NCBI GenBank assembly: GCA_046295395.1
Contig: JBKBNH010000002.1
Span: 163,584 to 227,583, forward strand
Direction of reading: 5' to 3'
Source of the DNA: Flavobacteriales bacterium
Lineage (GTDB): Bacteria; Bacteroidota; Bacteroidia; Flavobacteriales_D; JBKBNH01
DNA length: 64,000 bases
Shown: in pieces, positions 37,990 through 48,015 of the stretch
Position numbering within the stretch: the stretch's first letter is position 1
How the letters are laid out: the number at the start of each line of letters is the position of its first letter
Position numbers and translations under genes: made by a program
Notes under the pieces: generated by a model
Told to the model about the DNA's origin: nothing
The model's input: the letters and a program-made list of their open reading frames with translations, nothing else
Databases searched by the model: none

Positions 37990-38033
37990 TTTAACCCAAA
38001 TTATGCAGTTTCTACTGCATAATTTGGGTTAAA
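37990..38033. terminator. Perfect 20-bp inverted repeat with a 4-nt loop (bidirectional terminator or operator)
   Basis: TTTAACCCAAATTATGCAGT-ttct-ACTGCATAATTTGGGTTAAA, starting 1 nt after the stop codon at 37987-37989. Confidence 0.45.
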
Positions 38034-38390
38034 GGTGGGAATGATTTGCGAGGCATTTAATCCCTTAAACCCAGAACAAAATCATATTCAATTACACACG
38101 CAATTATTTGAAGAGTGGGAAAAAGTTGACTATACCGTTGGTCAAACTATTGCTATATATGGAACGAGATAGTTTTGAAATAATAAGATTGCGCTTTAGA
38201 ATGTCTATTAATGGAAAAAATTATAGAGGCATTCAAAATCCTTTTGTATTTACAAAAGGATTTACCCCAAAAGATTGGGTCAAGCACTCTCAAGAGAGGA
38301 TATTCGAAATCCGAGATTCGAGTTTTAAATATCTATTGGCTACTCATTCCCCCTGTGGGGGGATAAAGGGGGCTATTCGCTTCTCCGAAG

Positions 38391-39188
38391 CTACGTCGCT
38401 TTTTGTTTGGCAATCATTTTAAAGAAGTAGCGAGGAAAAAAACGTTTGATTTTTACAGCGAAGAGTTCTTTTCCGCCGGCAAAAATTTCCGGGCGGTTTT
38501 TTTCCATTCCCGCCAGTATTTGTCGGGCGCAGCGTTCGGCAGAAATGCCGCCGGCCTGTTTTTCATCCATTTGCCCGTGAACTTCGCCACTAGCGGTAAG
38601 AGCGCTTAGCGAAATGGGCGTGTTAATTATACCCGGATAAATCGTATTTACTTTTAGTCCGTTGGGCAATTCTTCCAGTCGCAGCGACTCGTAAAACCCT
38701 TGCAGGGCGTGTTTACTGGCTGCATAAGCCGAACGTAGAAAAAACCCGAATTTTCCCGATATACTGCTTACCACGGCTATTTGTCCCGAGCCATTTGCGC
38801 GAAAATGAGGCAGCAGGGCTTTGGTGAGGGCTATGTTTCCAAAATAATTCACCTCCATAATTTGGCGGTCAATTTCAACCGGGGTTTCGTGAGCAGCGCT
38901 CCGTTGGCTGATGCCTCCGTTGTTTATCAGGACATCCACTTTTCCGCTAAACGAAATGGCCTTTTCTGTTTGCGCACCAAAAGAGGGGATATCGGTAAGG
39001 TCGAATGGCAAAACAAAAGCCTTATCGGGTTGAGTGCAATTGTTTTTTACAGCTTGTAACTTGTCTTTGCTGCGGGCAGAAAGTATAACGCTTGCTCCCC
39101 GCTTGCTTAGTTCAAGCGCCAATGCTTGCCCTATCCCTGAGCCTGCTCCGGTAATCCACACGGTTTTATTTTTCCAATATGCCGACAT
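38391..39188 (-). CDS. Short-chain dehydrogenase/reductase (SDR)
   Basis: TGAGSGIGQA Rossmann motif. NNGG. Catalytic YAASK. Confidence 0.85.
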   Translation of the reverse strand: MSAYWKNKTVWITGAGSGIGQALALELSKRGASVILSARSKDKLQAVKNNCTQPDKAFVLPFDLTDIPSFGAQTEKAISFSGKVDVLINNGGISQRSAAHETPVEIDRQIMEVNYFGNIALTKALLPHFRANGSGQIAVVSSISGKFGFFLRSAYAASKHALQGFYESLRLEELPNGLKVNTIYPGIINTPISLSALTASGEVHGQMDEKQAGGISAERCARQILAGMEKNRPEIFAGGKELFAVKIKRFFPRYFFKMIAKQKAT

Positions 39189-39398
39189 AGTGTTTGTGTT
39201 TTGTCTCTGCGGTAAAATTTGCCTTTCTCGATACTTTTTCCGTAGAAAAAAACTCGAACGGACATTTTTTTAGTAGCATAAGAGGGTTTATTTTTCTTGT
39301 ATTACATTAAAAAGGGGTCATATTTTCCTCCTCAAATCGAAAATTATTATCGTTTTTTTCGATTTCAATCGCTAAACGTTATGTTTTTCAAACGAAAG

Positions 39399-41408
39399 TT
39401 ACAACAGTCCTTCATCCACCATATTGGGCAAGGTGATTTTCAATCCGGGCGTGCGCTCCATTTCCCGTTTGATGGTAAAAATGGCTTCGTCGTTTCTTGC
39501 CCAAGCACGGCGAGCAATTCCGTTATTCACATCCCAAAACAGCATTTGTTTCAGCCTTCTGTTGCTATCGGCAGAGCCGTCTAGCAACATTCCGAAGCCG
39601 CCGTTAATCACTTCGCCCCAACCTACACCACCACCGTTGTGCAGCGAAATCCAAGTAGCGCCTCGAAATCCGTCGCCCACAAAATTCTGAACGGCCATAT
39701 CGGCAGTAAAACGGGAGCCGTCGTATATATTGCTTGTTTCACGGTAGGGCGAGTCGGTACCCGACACATCGTGGTGGTCGCGCCCCAATACTACCGGGCC
39801 TATTTTTCCGGCGGCAATGGCTTTGTTAATGGCCTCGGCAATTTTTACCCTTCCTTCGGCATCGGCATACAAAATTCGGGCTTGCGAGCCCACTACCATT
39901 TTGTTTTTTCCGGCTTCTTTTATCCATTTTATGTTGTCGGCCATTTGTTGTTTAATTTCCTGAGGAGCGGTTTGCATCATCTCTTCCAGTACTTGAGCGG
40001 CGATGGCATCGGTAGCTTGCAAATCCTCCGGTTTACCCGAGCAGCACACCCAGCGGAAGGGGCCAAACCCGTAGTCGAAGCACATCGGACCCAATATATC
40101 TTGCACGTAAGAGGGATATCTAAACTCCTTTCCACTGCCTTTTACATTAGCTCCTGCACGGGATGCTTCCAGTAAGAAAGCATTGCCATAGTCGAAAAAG
40201 TACATTCCTTTTGTCGTAAGCTTATTGATGGCGGCGGCGTGCCTGCGCAGCGATTCTTCCACGACGGCTTTGAATTTTTCGGGCTTCTCGGCCATCATAC
40301 GGTTGCTTTCTTCGTACGAATAACCCACCGGATAATAGCCCCCTGCCCACGGGTTGTGCAGCGAGGTTTGGTCGGAACCCAACTCTACGTGAAAATCGGC
40401 TTCTGCTAGTTTTTCCCAAAGGTCAACCACGTTGCCTAGGTAAGCAATGGACACAATTTCGTTGTTTTCACGGGCTTTTTTCACCCGGTTCATCACGGCA
40501 TCTATATCTTCAATTACTTCGTCCACCCAGCCCTGTTCGTGGCGTTTATAAGCCGCTTTGGGGTTCACTTCGGCAGTAATGCTGATTACTTCGGCAATAT
40601 TTCCGGCCTTGGGTTGCGCCCCACTCATTCCGCCCAACCCTGCGGTAACGAAAAGCGTTCCTTTTGGTGCGGAGGCACTGCGGGAAATCATTCTCGTGGC
40701 ATTCATCACGGTGATGGTGGTGCCGTGTACGATGCCTTGCGGGCCTATGTACATATAGCTTCCGGCGGTCATTTGTCCGTATTGGGTTACGCCCAAAGCA
40801 TTGTATTTTTCCCAGTCATCGGGTTTGGAATAGTTAGGAATCATCATCCCGTTGGTTACTACAACTCGCGGGGCATCCTTGTGTGAAGGGAAAAGTCCCA
40901 TAGGGTGGCCGCTGTACATAACCAGGGTTTGCTCTTCGGTCATCTCGGCCAGGTATTTCATTGTGAGCAGGTACTGCGCCCAGTTTTGAAAAACAGCGCC
41001 GTTGCCACCGTAAGTAATCAACTCGTAAGGATGTTGTGCTACGGCGGGGTCGAGGTTGTTTTGTATCATCAGCATAATGGCTTTAGCCTGCTGACATTGA
41101 CCCGGATATTCCTCTATGGGGCGAGCAAATATTTCGTAATCGGGGCGGAAACGGTACATATAAATGCGGCCGTACTTTTCCAACTCCTCGGCAAATTCTG
41201 TAGCTAAAGTAGCGTGGTGTTTTTTATCGAAATAGCGCAAGGCGTTGCGCAGGGCGAGTTTTTTCTCCTCGGCATTGAGTATTTCTTTGCGTTTTGGAGC
41301 GCGGTTTATGGTTGGGTCAAAGGGTTTTGGCGGTGGCAATTCAGCAGAGATACCCGCTAATATTTGCTTTTGAAAGTCTGTTTGTGAAATAGTGTTGGCT
41401 GTATTCAT
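39399..41408 (-). CDS. hutU: Urocanate hydratase (long form)
   Basis: GGMSGAQPKA and DHHDVSGTDSPYRETSNI urocanase motifs. 669 aa, the long Bacteroidota/eukaryote-like form. Confidence 0.9.
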   Translation of the reverse strand: MNTANTISQTDFQKQILAGISAELPPPKPFDPTINRAPKRKEILNAEEKKLALRNALRYFDKKHHATLATEFAEELEKYGRIYMYRFRPDYEIFARPIEEYPGQCQQAKAIMLMIQNNLDPAVAQHPYELITYGGNGAVFQNWAQYLLTMKYLAEMTEEQTLVMYSGHPMGLFPSHKDAPRVVVTNGMMIPNYSKPDDWEKYNALGVTQYGQMTAGSYMYIGPQGIVHGTTITVMNATRMISRSASAPKGTLFVTAGLGGMSGAQPKAGNIAEVISITAEVNPKAAYKRHEQGWVDEVIEDIDAVMNRVKKARENNEIVSIAYLGNVVDLWEKLAEADFHVELGSDQTSLHNPWAGGYYPVGYSYEESNRMMAEKPEKFKAVVEESLRRHAAAINKLTTKGMYFFDYGNAFLLEASRAGANVKGSGKEFRYPSYVQDILGPMCFDYGFGPFRWVCCSGKPEDLQATDAIAAQVLEEMMQTAPQEIKQQMADNIKWIKEAGKNKMVVGSQARILYADAEGRVKIAEAINKAIAAGKIGPVVLGRDHHDVSGTDSPYRETSNIYDGSRFTADMAVQNFVGDGFRGATWISLHNGGGVGWGEVINGGFGMLLDGSADSNRRLKQMLFWDVNNGIARRAWARNDEAIFTIKREMERTPGLKITLPNMVDEGLL

Positions 41409-41553
41409 GGGTTTTTATTTCTGAGGGGTAAAGATAAGAAGTAATTCATGGAAAGCGGGAGCAATTTTACAACTAACCTTAGGTAATTCTGCCTGAAACA
41501 ATTCGTGTTTTTTATCGGTAAATTTCTATTTTTGATAGACAAAACACAACCTT

Positions 41554-44502
41554 ATGCAAAGAGTTCTCGGACTATTTTTTTTACTTTTTCTAGTAAAACA
41601 TACACAAAGTCAAACCATTAAGTCTGTTCATCAGGAGCAAGCAGAAGAATATACTTCTTTGGGTTTTGACGATATGTATTACGAGTCCAATAATCAGGCG
41701 GCTACGATACAAAAATCAGCAAGAAATTGCTCTGCAAACAAAGTTGTATACGGCTGGCACCCTTACTGGAGTAATGGATTGCAAATAAATTACGATTGGA
41801 ACCTATTATCGCATTTGTGTTATTTTTCTTACGAAGTAGATGCCAATACGGGAAACGCCATTAACACCTATAATTTTGCCACTACGCCGGTTGTGACTAC
41901 TGCGCTAAACAATGGAGTGAAGGTACACCTGTGTGTTACGCTTTTTTCAAATCATACTACTTTTTTTGGTAATCCCACAGCTCGACAAACGCTTATTACA
42001 AACCTGATTAATATGATACAGGCAAGGGGTGCGCATGGGGTAAACATTGACTTTGAAAGCATGGCATCGTCTCAGTCGGCAAATTACACGGCATTTATGA
42101 TTGACCTATGCAACCAAATGCACGCTGCCATTCCGGGTTCAGAAGTAACTACCGCACTTCACGCAGTAGATTGGAGCGGTTTTTACGACATGGCTGTTTT
42201 AAATAATTATGTAGACTACTTCATGATTATGGGCTACGATTATTATTGGAGTGGAAGCAATCCCGCCGGGCCTAATGATCCGCTGTTTCATTTTGGCAGC
42301 ACCTACGATTACAATTTATCTAAGTCTACTACTTACTACCAGCATCAAGGGGCATCTTTATCAAAACTAGTGATGGGGCTTCCTTACTATGGCAGAGACT
42401 GGCCGGTGAGCTCCTTTTCGCTGCCCGCGCCAACCACGGGCACAGGTGTTTCAAGAACCTACAAGGTAGTGAAGGACAATACCAGCGGTAATTTTTCACC
42501 GACAAATCGAAACTACGAATCGGCAAGCAGAAGCACCTATTACAACTATACGGCCTCGGGAGTAATGAGGCAATGCTTCATTTCTGAAGAAAATGATTTG
42601 CGTGAAAGAATGGATTTTATAAACAAAAGAGGGCTTGCCGGAGTGGGAGTCTGGGCCTTGGGCTACGATGATGGTTACACCGAACTTTGGGATGCAATTG
42701 CCGAGTATTTTTCAGATTGTAGTGAAACGCCTTGTTCGGGAGTTTTAACAGATATAGGCGGAGGGCCCTTGAAAAATTATTACAACAACGAAAACTATAC
42801 ATTTACGCTTTCTCCTCCCGGCGCACAAAGTATCACAGTAAATTTTTCTTCGTTTAGCACGGAGGCAAATTACGATTTTCTCCATATTTATGATGGGCCA
42901 TCTACAGCTTCGCCTCAAATTCCCGGCAGTCCTTTTCACGGAACAAATAGCCCTGGCTCATTCACAAGTTCTTCAGGGCATTTAACCTTCAGATTTATTT
43001 CAGACAATGCCACTGTAAGCCCTGGGTGGAATGCAACTTATACTTGCCAGCAAGACAACATCCCGCCCACTACGGCGGTTTTAGCACCAAACGGATGGGT
43101 TACCGAGGATTTTACGGTAAACTTTACCGATGCGGATAATGTTGGGGGCTCGGGGGTAGACAAGAGTTTTTATCAAGTGTTGGAATTTGAGGGCACAGAA
43201 TGGCGCGCAAATACACAAAGAGGGTTCTTTAGCGACAACTTCGATCAAGCGGCGATACATCCCGATTGGACTAGTGTCACGGGAACTTGGCAAATTACAA
43301 ATGGCTATTTACACCAGTCAAATCAAGGTGTCGGAAACACCAACATTTATGCTTACCTAAAGCAAGATTTATCCAACCGTTATCTATACCACTGGGCCGG
43401 AAAAATGGATGGAACAGGCTCTAACAGAAGAGCGGGCTTTCATTTTTTCTGCGATAATCCAACTTTGCCTAATAGGGGAAACTCATACTTTGTATGGTTC
43501 AGGCTCGATAATAACCGCATACAAATATACAAGGTAGTAAACGACAATTTTGGGACACCGGTTTTGGATATACCCTACTCATTTTCTAATCAGTGGACCG
43601 ACTATAAAGTAACCTACGACCGCATTTTGGGTTCAATGAATGTGTATGTAAACGATATTTTGGCCGCTCAGTGGACTGACGGAGCTCCCTATCAAACGGG
43701 AGATTATATTTCTTTTAGAAGCGGCGATTGTGATTTCATGGCCAACAACTTAAAAGTATACCGAACAAGATTTCCATCGGTAAATGTTACCGTGGGGCTC
43801 GGGTCTTCTAACGAGATTCGCTATGAAAACATTAATCCGACTCAGCCCGCCGGACGAATAAAATCTATTGTTCAGGATGTTGCCGGAAACCTTTCCGTGG
43901 TTGCATCACAAGATGTTAATGTAGACTGGACACCTCCGGTGATGAGCTTTATACACGATGGGTTATCACAAGACGTGGACACCATATTTGCTCCCGATGC
44001 AGCAGAAGCAAACTGGAGTTTTTTAGACACCAACAGTCATGTGGCCGAATACTTTTTTTCAATGGGTACTCAGCCTTTGTTGGACGATGTTTACCCATAC
44101 ACATCAAATATGCTATCTACATCGGCTTCAGTTAGCTCAGGAATTCTTCAATCAGGAACTTGGTACTATTTCAACATAATTGCCGAAAACAATGCCGGGC
44201 TCAGAGATACTTTAAGCTCAAATGGATTCAGGTTTGTTTCACTTTTAGGTGTTGGCGAATTGGTGTTAACCGAAATTCCCCGATTATTTCCTAATCCTGC
44301 GCAGACATCTGCCACGGTAGGCTCGAAAAAAAATATTTCAGTAATTACTGTTTATGATGTGCTGGGCAGACAGGTTTTTTCTTCAACACCCAATGGAACC
44401 TCGGCACATCTTCCAGTGTATTTGTGGGCAGACGGAATTTATGTGGTAAGAATATTTTCAGAAGGCAGAGAGATTGACTTAAAACTGATTAAAAAACAGT
44501 AA
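41554..44502 (+). CDS. GH18-like glycoside hydrolase with CUB-like and lectin-like domains, secreted by T9SS (type-A CTD)
   Basis: Signal peptide. GH18 (beta/alpha)8 region whose catalytic motif is HGVNIDFE in place of the canonical DGxDxDWE. CUB-like domain (YDFLHIYDGPS...GWNATYTC). Por_Secre_tail C-terminus (LFPNPAQTSATV...VYDVLGRQVF...GIYVVRI). Confidence 0.8.
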   Translation: MQRVLGLFFLLFLVKHTQSQTIKSVHQEQAEEYTSLGFDDMYYESNNQAATIQKSARNCSANKVVYGWHPYWSNGLQINYDWNLLSHLCYFSYEVDANTGNAINTYNFATTPVVTTALNNGVKVHLCVTLFSNHTTFFGNPTARQTLITNLINMIQARGAHGVNIDFESMASSQSANYTAFMIDLCNQMHAAIPGSEVTTALHAVDWSGFYDMAVLNNYVDYFMIMGYDYYWSGSNPAGPNDPLFHFGSTYDYNLSKSTTYYQHQGASLSKLVMGLPYYGRDWPVSSFSLPAPTTGTGVSRTYKVVKDNTSGNFSPTNRNYESASRSTYYNYTASGVMRQCFISEENDLRERMDFINKRGLAGVGVWALGYDDGYTELWDAIAEYFSDCSETPCSGVLTDIGGGPLKNYYNNENYTFTLSPPGAQSITVNFSSFSTEANYDFLHIYDGPSTASPQIPGSPFHGTNSPGSFTSSSGHLTFRFISDNATVSPGWNATYTCQQDNIPPTTAVLAPNGWVTEDFTVNFTDADNVGGSGVDKSFYQVLEFEGTEWRANTQRGFFSDNFDQAAIHPDWTSVTGTWQITNGYLHQSNQGVGNTNIYAYLKQDLSNRYLYHWAGKMDGTGSNRRAGFHFFCDNPTLPNRGNSYFVWFRLDNNRIQIYKVVNDNFGTPVLDIPYSFSNQWTDYKVTYDRILGSMNVYVNDILAAQWTDGAPYQTGDYISFRSGDCDFMANNLKVYRTRFPSVNVTVGLGSSNEIRYENINPTQPAGRIKSIVQDVAGNLSVVASQDVNVDWTPPVMSFIHDGLSQDVDTIFAPDAAEANWSFLDTNSHVAEYFFSMGTQPLLDDVYPYTSNMLSTSASVSSGILQSGTWYYFNIIAENNAGLRDTLSSNGFRFVSLLGVGELVLTEIPRLFPNPAQTSATVGSKKNISVITVYDVLGRQVFSSTPNGTSAHLPVYLWADGIYVVRIFSEGREIDLKLIKKQ

Positions 44503-44503
44503 A

Positions 44504-46615
44504 ATGAACTGGGGTGTAAAACCTTTTGTTCGCCTTCTGCCGCCGTTTATTATCGGAATAGTGCTTGGCATTTTTATTCCGTACACACCTATAGTAATTG
44601 CGGCTTGTTTTTATGTTTTTCTTTTGCTGCTGCTGGTGTTGTGGTTCACTCCCGTTTTTGCTAATTATCGCTGGCGATATGTTTTCGGAATTGTAATCAA
44701 TTTTGCCTTGATTTTTGGCGGCTGGCAGTTGACTGTAAATAAAAATCAGTCGGCAACGTTGGGGGCTGTTGCCAAAGAGGGTAAAGCCATTGTGGCAGAA
44801 ATTATAAAAGAGCCGAAAAAGAAAGCCAACAAGGTGGTAATAGAGGTTGCTGTAAGAGCGGTGAAAACGCCTGATTCGTGGGAAACCACACAAGGAAATG
44901 TGCTGCTCTCTTTGCCTACGGACGAAAACAGCTTTGCACTGGAAAAAGGAGACATTATCGCTTTTACCCCATCAATTAAAGAAGTGAAAAGCACAGCTAA
45001 TCCGGGGCAGTTTGATTATGCGCAGTATTTGCAGTTTCACTTAATCAAGAGCCAAGGGTTTTTAAGAAGCTATAACTGGACTCTGCTAGAAAAAAGCAGC
45101 TCAGGAATTTGGAACTGGGCGACAGAAATACGCAAATATGGTATACAAAAACTCGACAAGACACTAAAACCTAAAGAGGCGGCTGTTGCAGAAGCACTCA
45201 TATTCGGATACAAAAATAACCTTGATGCAGAAACTCAACAGGCTTTTTCATCGTCGGGGGCGATGCACGTGCTGGCAGTGTCGGGACTACACGTGGGTAT
45301 AATATTTATGCTTTGCGGGTTAATTTTTAAGCCTTTCAAGGGTTCAAAATACTTTTGGATAGCTACAATTATCACCTTGTTTATAATTTGGGGATATGCA
45401 ATGGTTACCGGCTTATCGCCTTCTGTTATGCGCGCGTCTACCATGTTTACCTTTATGGCGGTAGGAAAAAATCTTAACCGGCACACCAACATATACAACT
45501 CCATAGCCGCATCGGCGTTTTTATTGCTTCTTATAAACCCCTACATAATTACCGAAACAGGTTTTCAACTGTCTTATTTTGCGGTGATAGGAATAGTTTG
45601 GCTTCAGCCGATGATAAATGCGTGGTATCATTCTGGAAAGAAAATTCTCGACAAACTTTGGGAACTGACTTCAGTATCCATTGCGGCACAAACCGCTACC
45701 TTTCCTTTGGGAATGCTTTATTTCAATATGTTTCCCAATTATTTTCTATTGAGCAACCTCATAGTGATTCCTGCGGCTTTTACTATACTTATTTCCGGTC
45801 TCGCTTTTGTTGGTTTTTCTGAAATTCCATATCTCGGAGATTGGTTGGGGGTTCTTTTACAGTACGAAGTGTCCGCTCTCAACATGGCGGTATCATATAT
45901 TGAGCAAATGCCCAACGCCATTTCTGTATGGGTTATTTCTGCTTTTGAGGCGGTACTGATTTATGTTGTTTTTATTCAGCTAATAAGGTGGCTTAAAACT
46001 CCTTCCGGTAAAAAATTAGCGTTATGCCTTTCTTTGGTTGTCGTTCTTTGCTGTTCTTTTTCTTTCAGAAAGTTTAAAAACGACACACAACGGGAAATAG
46101 TAGTTTATAACGTGCCTTATCATTCGGCATTTAGTTTTATTCAAGGCAGAAGCCAAATTTTAATTACGAGTTTAAATCCAAAAGAGGATGATAAATCTAT
46201 ACGGTACAATTTAAAACCACACTGGCTTCAGGCTGGGCTTAACGGCGAAAAATACATAAGCACGAAAAAACTTAAACGGGAAAACACGCTTATTAATTTA
46301 TATAAATCCTTCGACCAGAACCTGCTCATAAGAAGAAACTATTTTCATTTTCATGGAAAGGACGTTGCATACGTGAACTCACAAACGAAATTGGCGCAGA
46401 GTAAGCAAAAGTTTTCGCCTCATTTGCTTATTGTTTCTGGGCGGCCTAATCTTACTCCTGCACAATTAATCCATTTGTTTTCTCCACAATTGGTGGTTTG
46501 TGATTCGGCTTGCTCGGGTGTTTTTGCTGCTGAGGTAGAAAAATTAGCACATGAAAAGGGAATACCATTTCACAACGTTAAAGAGCAGGGGGCCCTAAAA
46601 ATTAATTGTAAGTAA
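44504..46615 (+). CDS. comEC: ComEC/Rec2-family DNA internalisation membrane protein
   Basis: Polytopic membrane protein. Competence-domain motif HVLAVSGLHVGIIFM. C-terminal region related to metallo-beta-lactamases. Confidence 0.85.
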   Translation: MNWGVKPFVRLLPPFIIGIVLGIFIPYTPIVIAACFYVFLLLLLVLWFTPVFANYRWRYVFGIVINFALIFGGWQLTVNKNQSATLGAVAKEGKAIVAEIIKEPKKKANKVVIEVAVRAVKTPDSWETTQGNVLLSLPTDENSFALEKGDIIAFTPSIKEVKSTANPGQFDYAQYLQFHLIKSQGFLRSYNWTLLEKSSSGIWNWATEIRKYGIQKLDKTLKPKEAAVAEALIFGYKNNLDAETQQAFSSSGAMHVLAVSGLHVGIIFMLCGLIFKPFKGSKYFWIATIITLFIIWGYAMVTGLSPSVMRASTMFTFMAVGKNLNRHTNIYNSIAASAFLLLLINPYIITETGFQLSYFAVIGIVWLQPMINAWYHSGKKILDKLWELTSVSIAAQTATFPLGMLYFNMFPNYFLLSNLIVIPAAFTILISGLAFVGFSEIPYLGDWLGVLLQYEVSALNMAVSYIEQMPNAISVWVISAFEAVLIYVVFIQLIRWLKTPSGKKLALCLSLVVVLCCSFSFRKFKNDTQREIVVYNVPYHSAFSFIQGRSQILITSLNPKEDDKSIRYNLKPHWLQAGLNGEKYISTKKLKRENTLINLYKSFDQNLLIRRNYFHFHGKDVAYVNSQTKLAQSKQKFSPHLLIVSGRPNLTPAQLIHLFSPQLVVCDSACSGVFAAEVEKLAHEKGIPFHNVKEQGALKINCK

Positions 46616-46650
46616 TAAATAGAACAAAAGAAATTTGTAAGTTCGCATTA

Positions 46651-47025
46651 GTGAGAGCGCTCGTTTCAATACTGTTAGTTATTGCTTTATCCTTTCCTTT
46701 TGGGATGAAAACAGCTTTGGTTTTGAATTATTTGACTAATACGAATTATTATTCCACAGAGCTTTGCGAGAATAAAAATACCCCCGAGTTAAACTGTAAC
46801 GGCAAGTGTCATTTATCCAAAGAGATAAGGGCGATTGAGCGGTCGGCAGAGGATGTTCCGGGACTACCTGAATTGGTTAAAGTAGAAATTTCGCCATTCA
46901 TCACATCTGCTTGGAACTTTAACTTGAGCAACCAAACTTATTCCGAGCAACAAAGATATAATGCTTACCTCTTTGTTGCTTCTACATCTTACATTAAAGG
47001 CATATTCCACCCTCCCCGGAGTTAA
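46651..47025 (+). CDS. Small secreted Cys-containing protein, hypothetical (CNGKCH motif)
   Basis: Non-ATG start plus a signal peptide. CX3CH and ELC motifs. Sits directly upstream of the MbnP/MbnH-like pair. No family assignment. Confidence 0.35.
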   Translation: MRALVSILLVIALSFPFGMKTALVLNYLTNTNYYSTELCENKNTPELNCNGKCHLSKEIRAIERSAEDVPGLPELVKVEISPFITSAWNFNLSNQTYSEQQRYNAYLFVASTSYIKGIFHPPRS

Positions 47026-47141
47026 TTGTTACTAATCTAATTTTTAGGCGTAGTCTGAAATAAAATTTGCAACCGGATTCTTTAATTTGCAATCCAGTTG
47101 CAACCTCTTTTATGTATTAAAAACAATTAAAACCCAAAAAC

Positions 47142-48002
47142 ATGAAAACGTTAAAATTTAACTTATTTACGATTGTCCTAATTGTTCTTTTCGGAGGAAT
47201 AGCCACAACAACCACATCTTGTAAAAAGAAAAAAGGATGTACGGATCCTAAAGCTAAAAATTATAAGGCAGAAGCCACCAAAGACGATGGCTCTTGCGAA
47301 TATGACCAACCTGCACCAACGCCCACAACGGGAACGCTTGAATTAAAATTTGAGCACGTTTGGGGGCCTTCCGGCGCAACATTCAGCATGAATACTGCGC
47401 TTGTTCATCCAAGCACATCTGAAGAGCTCACTTTTCAAACGCTTAAGTACTATATCACCAATATTAAACTTAAGAAAACAGATGGTACCTGGTGGACTCA
47501 AACCGAAAGCTACTACCTAGTGGATGCATCTAGTGCGGCTATTCCGAGTTTTACCATACAGGGGGTTCCGGCAGGGGACTATACCGATATCAAATACATG
47601 ATAGGGGTAGACAGTACTAGAAACGTTTCAGGAGCTCAATCCGGAGCTTTATCTACATCTAACGGAATGTTTTGGAGCTGGAATTCAGGATACATCTTCA
47701 TTAAGGCAGAAGGCTTATCTCCCGATTCGCCAAACGGAGCATTCACCTATCACATTGGAGGATTCAGAGACGCAAACAACACGAATGCCATAAGAATAAA
47801 TAGCCAAAACTTAGCAGCGGCTACCCTTGCAGTAGCACCAAATGCAAGTCCTTCTGTTCATTTTAAAGTAAATGTAGCCCGATTCTGGCATGGTGGATTA
47901 AGCGTGTCAACACTTAATAACGTTCACATGCCAGGAGCAAATGCCTTAATTCTGGCGGACAATTTTCAGGGAGCAATTAATGTAGATCACATTCACAATT
48001 AA
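47142..48002 (+). CDS. MbnP-like periplasmic (lipo)protein, a putative copper-binding partner of the di-haem peroxidase
   Basis: Lipobox TTTSC. Beta-rich 286-aa protein. Sits 13 nt upstream of a di-haem CCP-family gene, the conserved mbnP-mbnH arrangement. The family call rests on recollection of MbnP features and gene context. Confidence 0.5.
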   Translation: MKTLKFNLFTIVLIVLFGGIATTTTSCKKKKGCTDPKAKNYKAEATKDDGSCEYDQPAPTPTTGTLELKFEHVWGPSGATFSMNTALVHPSTSEELTFQTLKYYITNIKLKKTDGTWWTQTESYYLVDASSAAIPSFTIQGVPAGDYTDIKYMIGVDSTRNVSGAQSGALSTSNGMFWSWNSGYIFIKAEGLSPDSPNGAFTYHIGGFRDANNTNAIRINSQNLAAATLAVAPNASPSVHFKVNVARFWHGGLSVSTLNNVHMPGANALILADNFQGAINVDHIHN

Positions 48003-48015
48003 TTGAATTGGCAAT

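Noticed and set aside
38108-38422. 104-codon TTG-initiated ORF between the 20-bp palindrome and the SDR gene
   Set aside because: No domain signal. Overlaps the 3' end of the convergent SDR gene by 32 nt. Contains a CCCCCTGTGGGGGG hairpin that looks more like a structural element than coding sequence.
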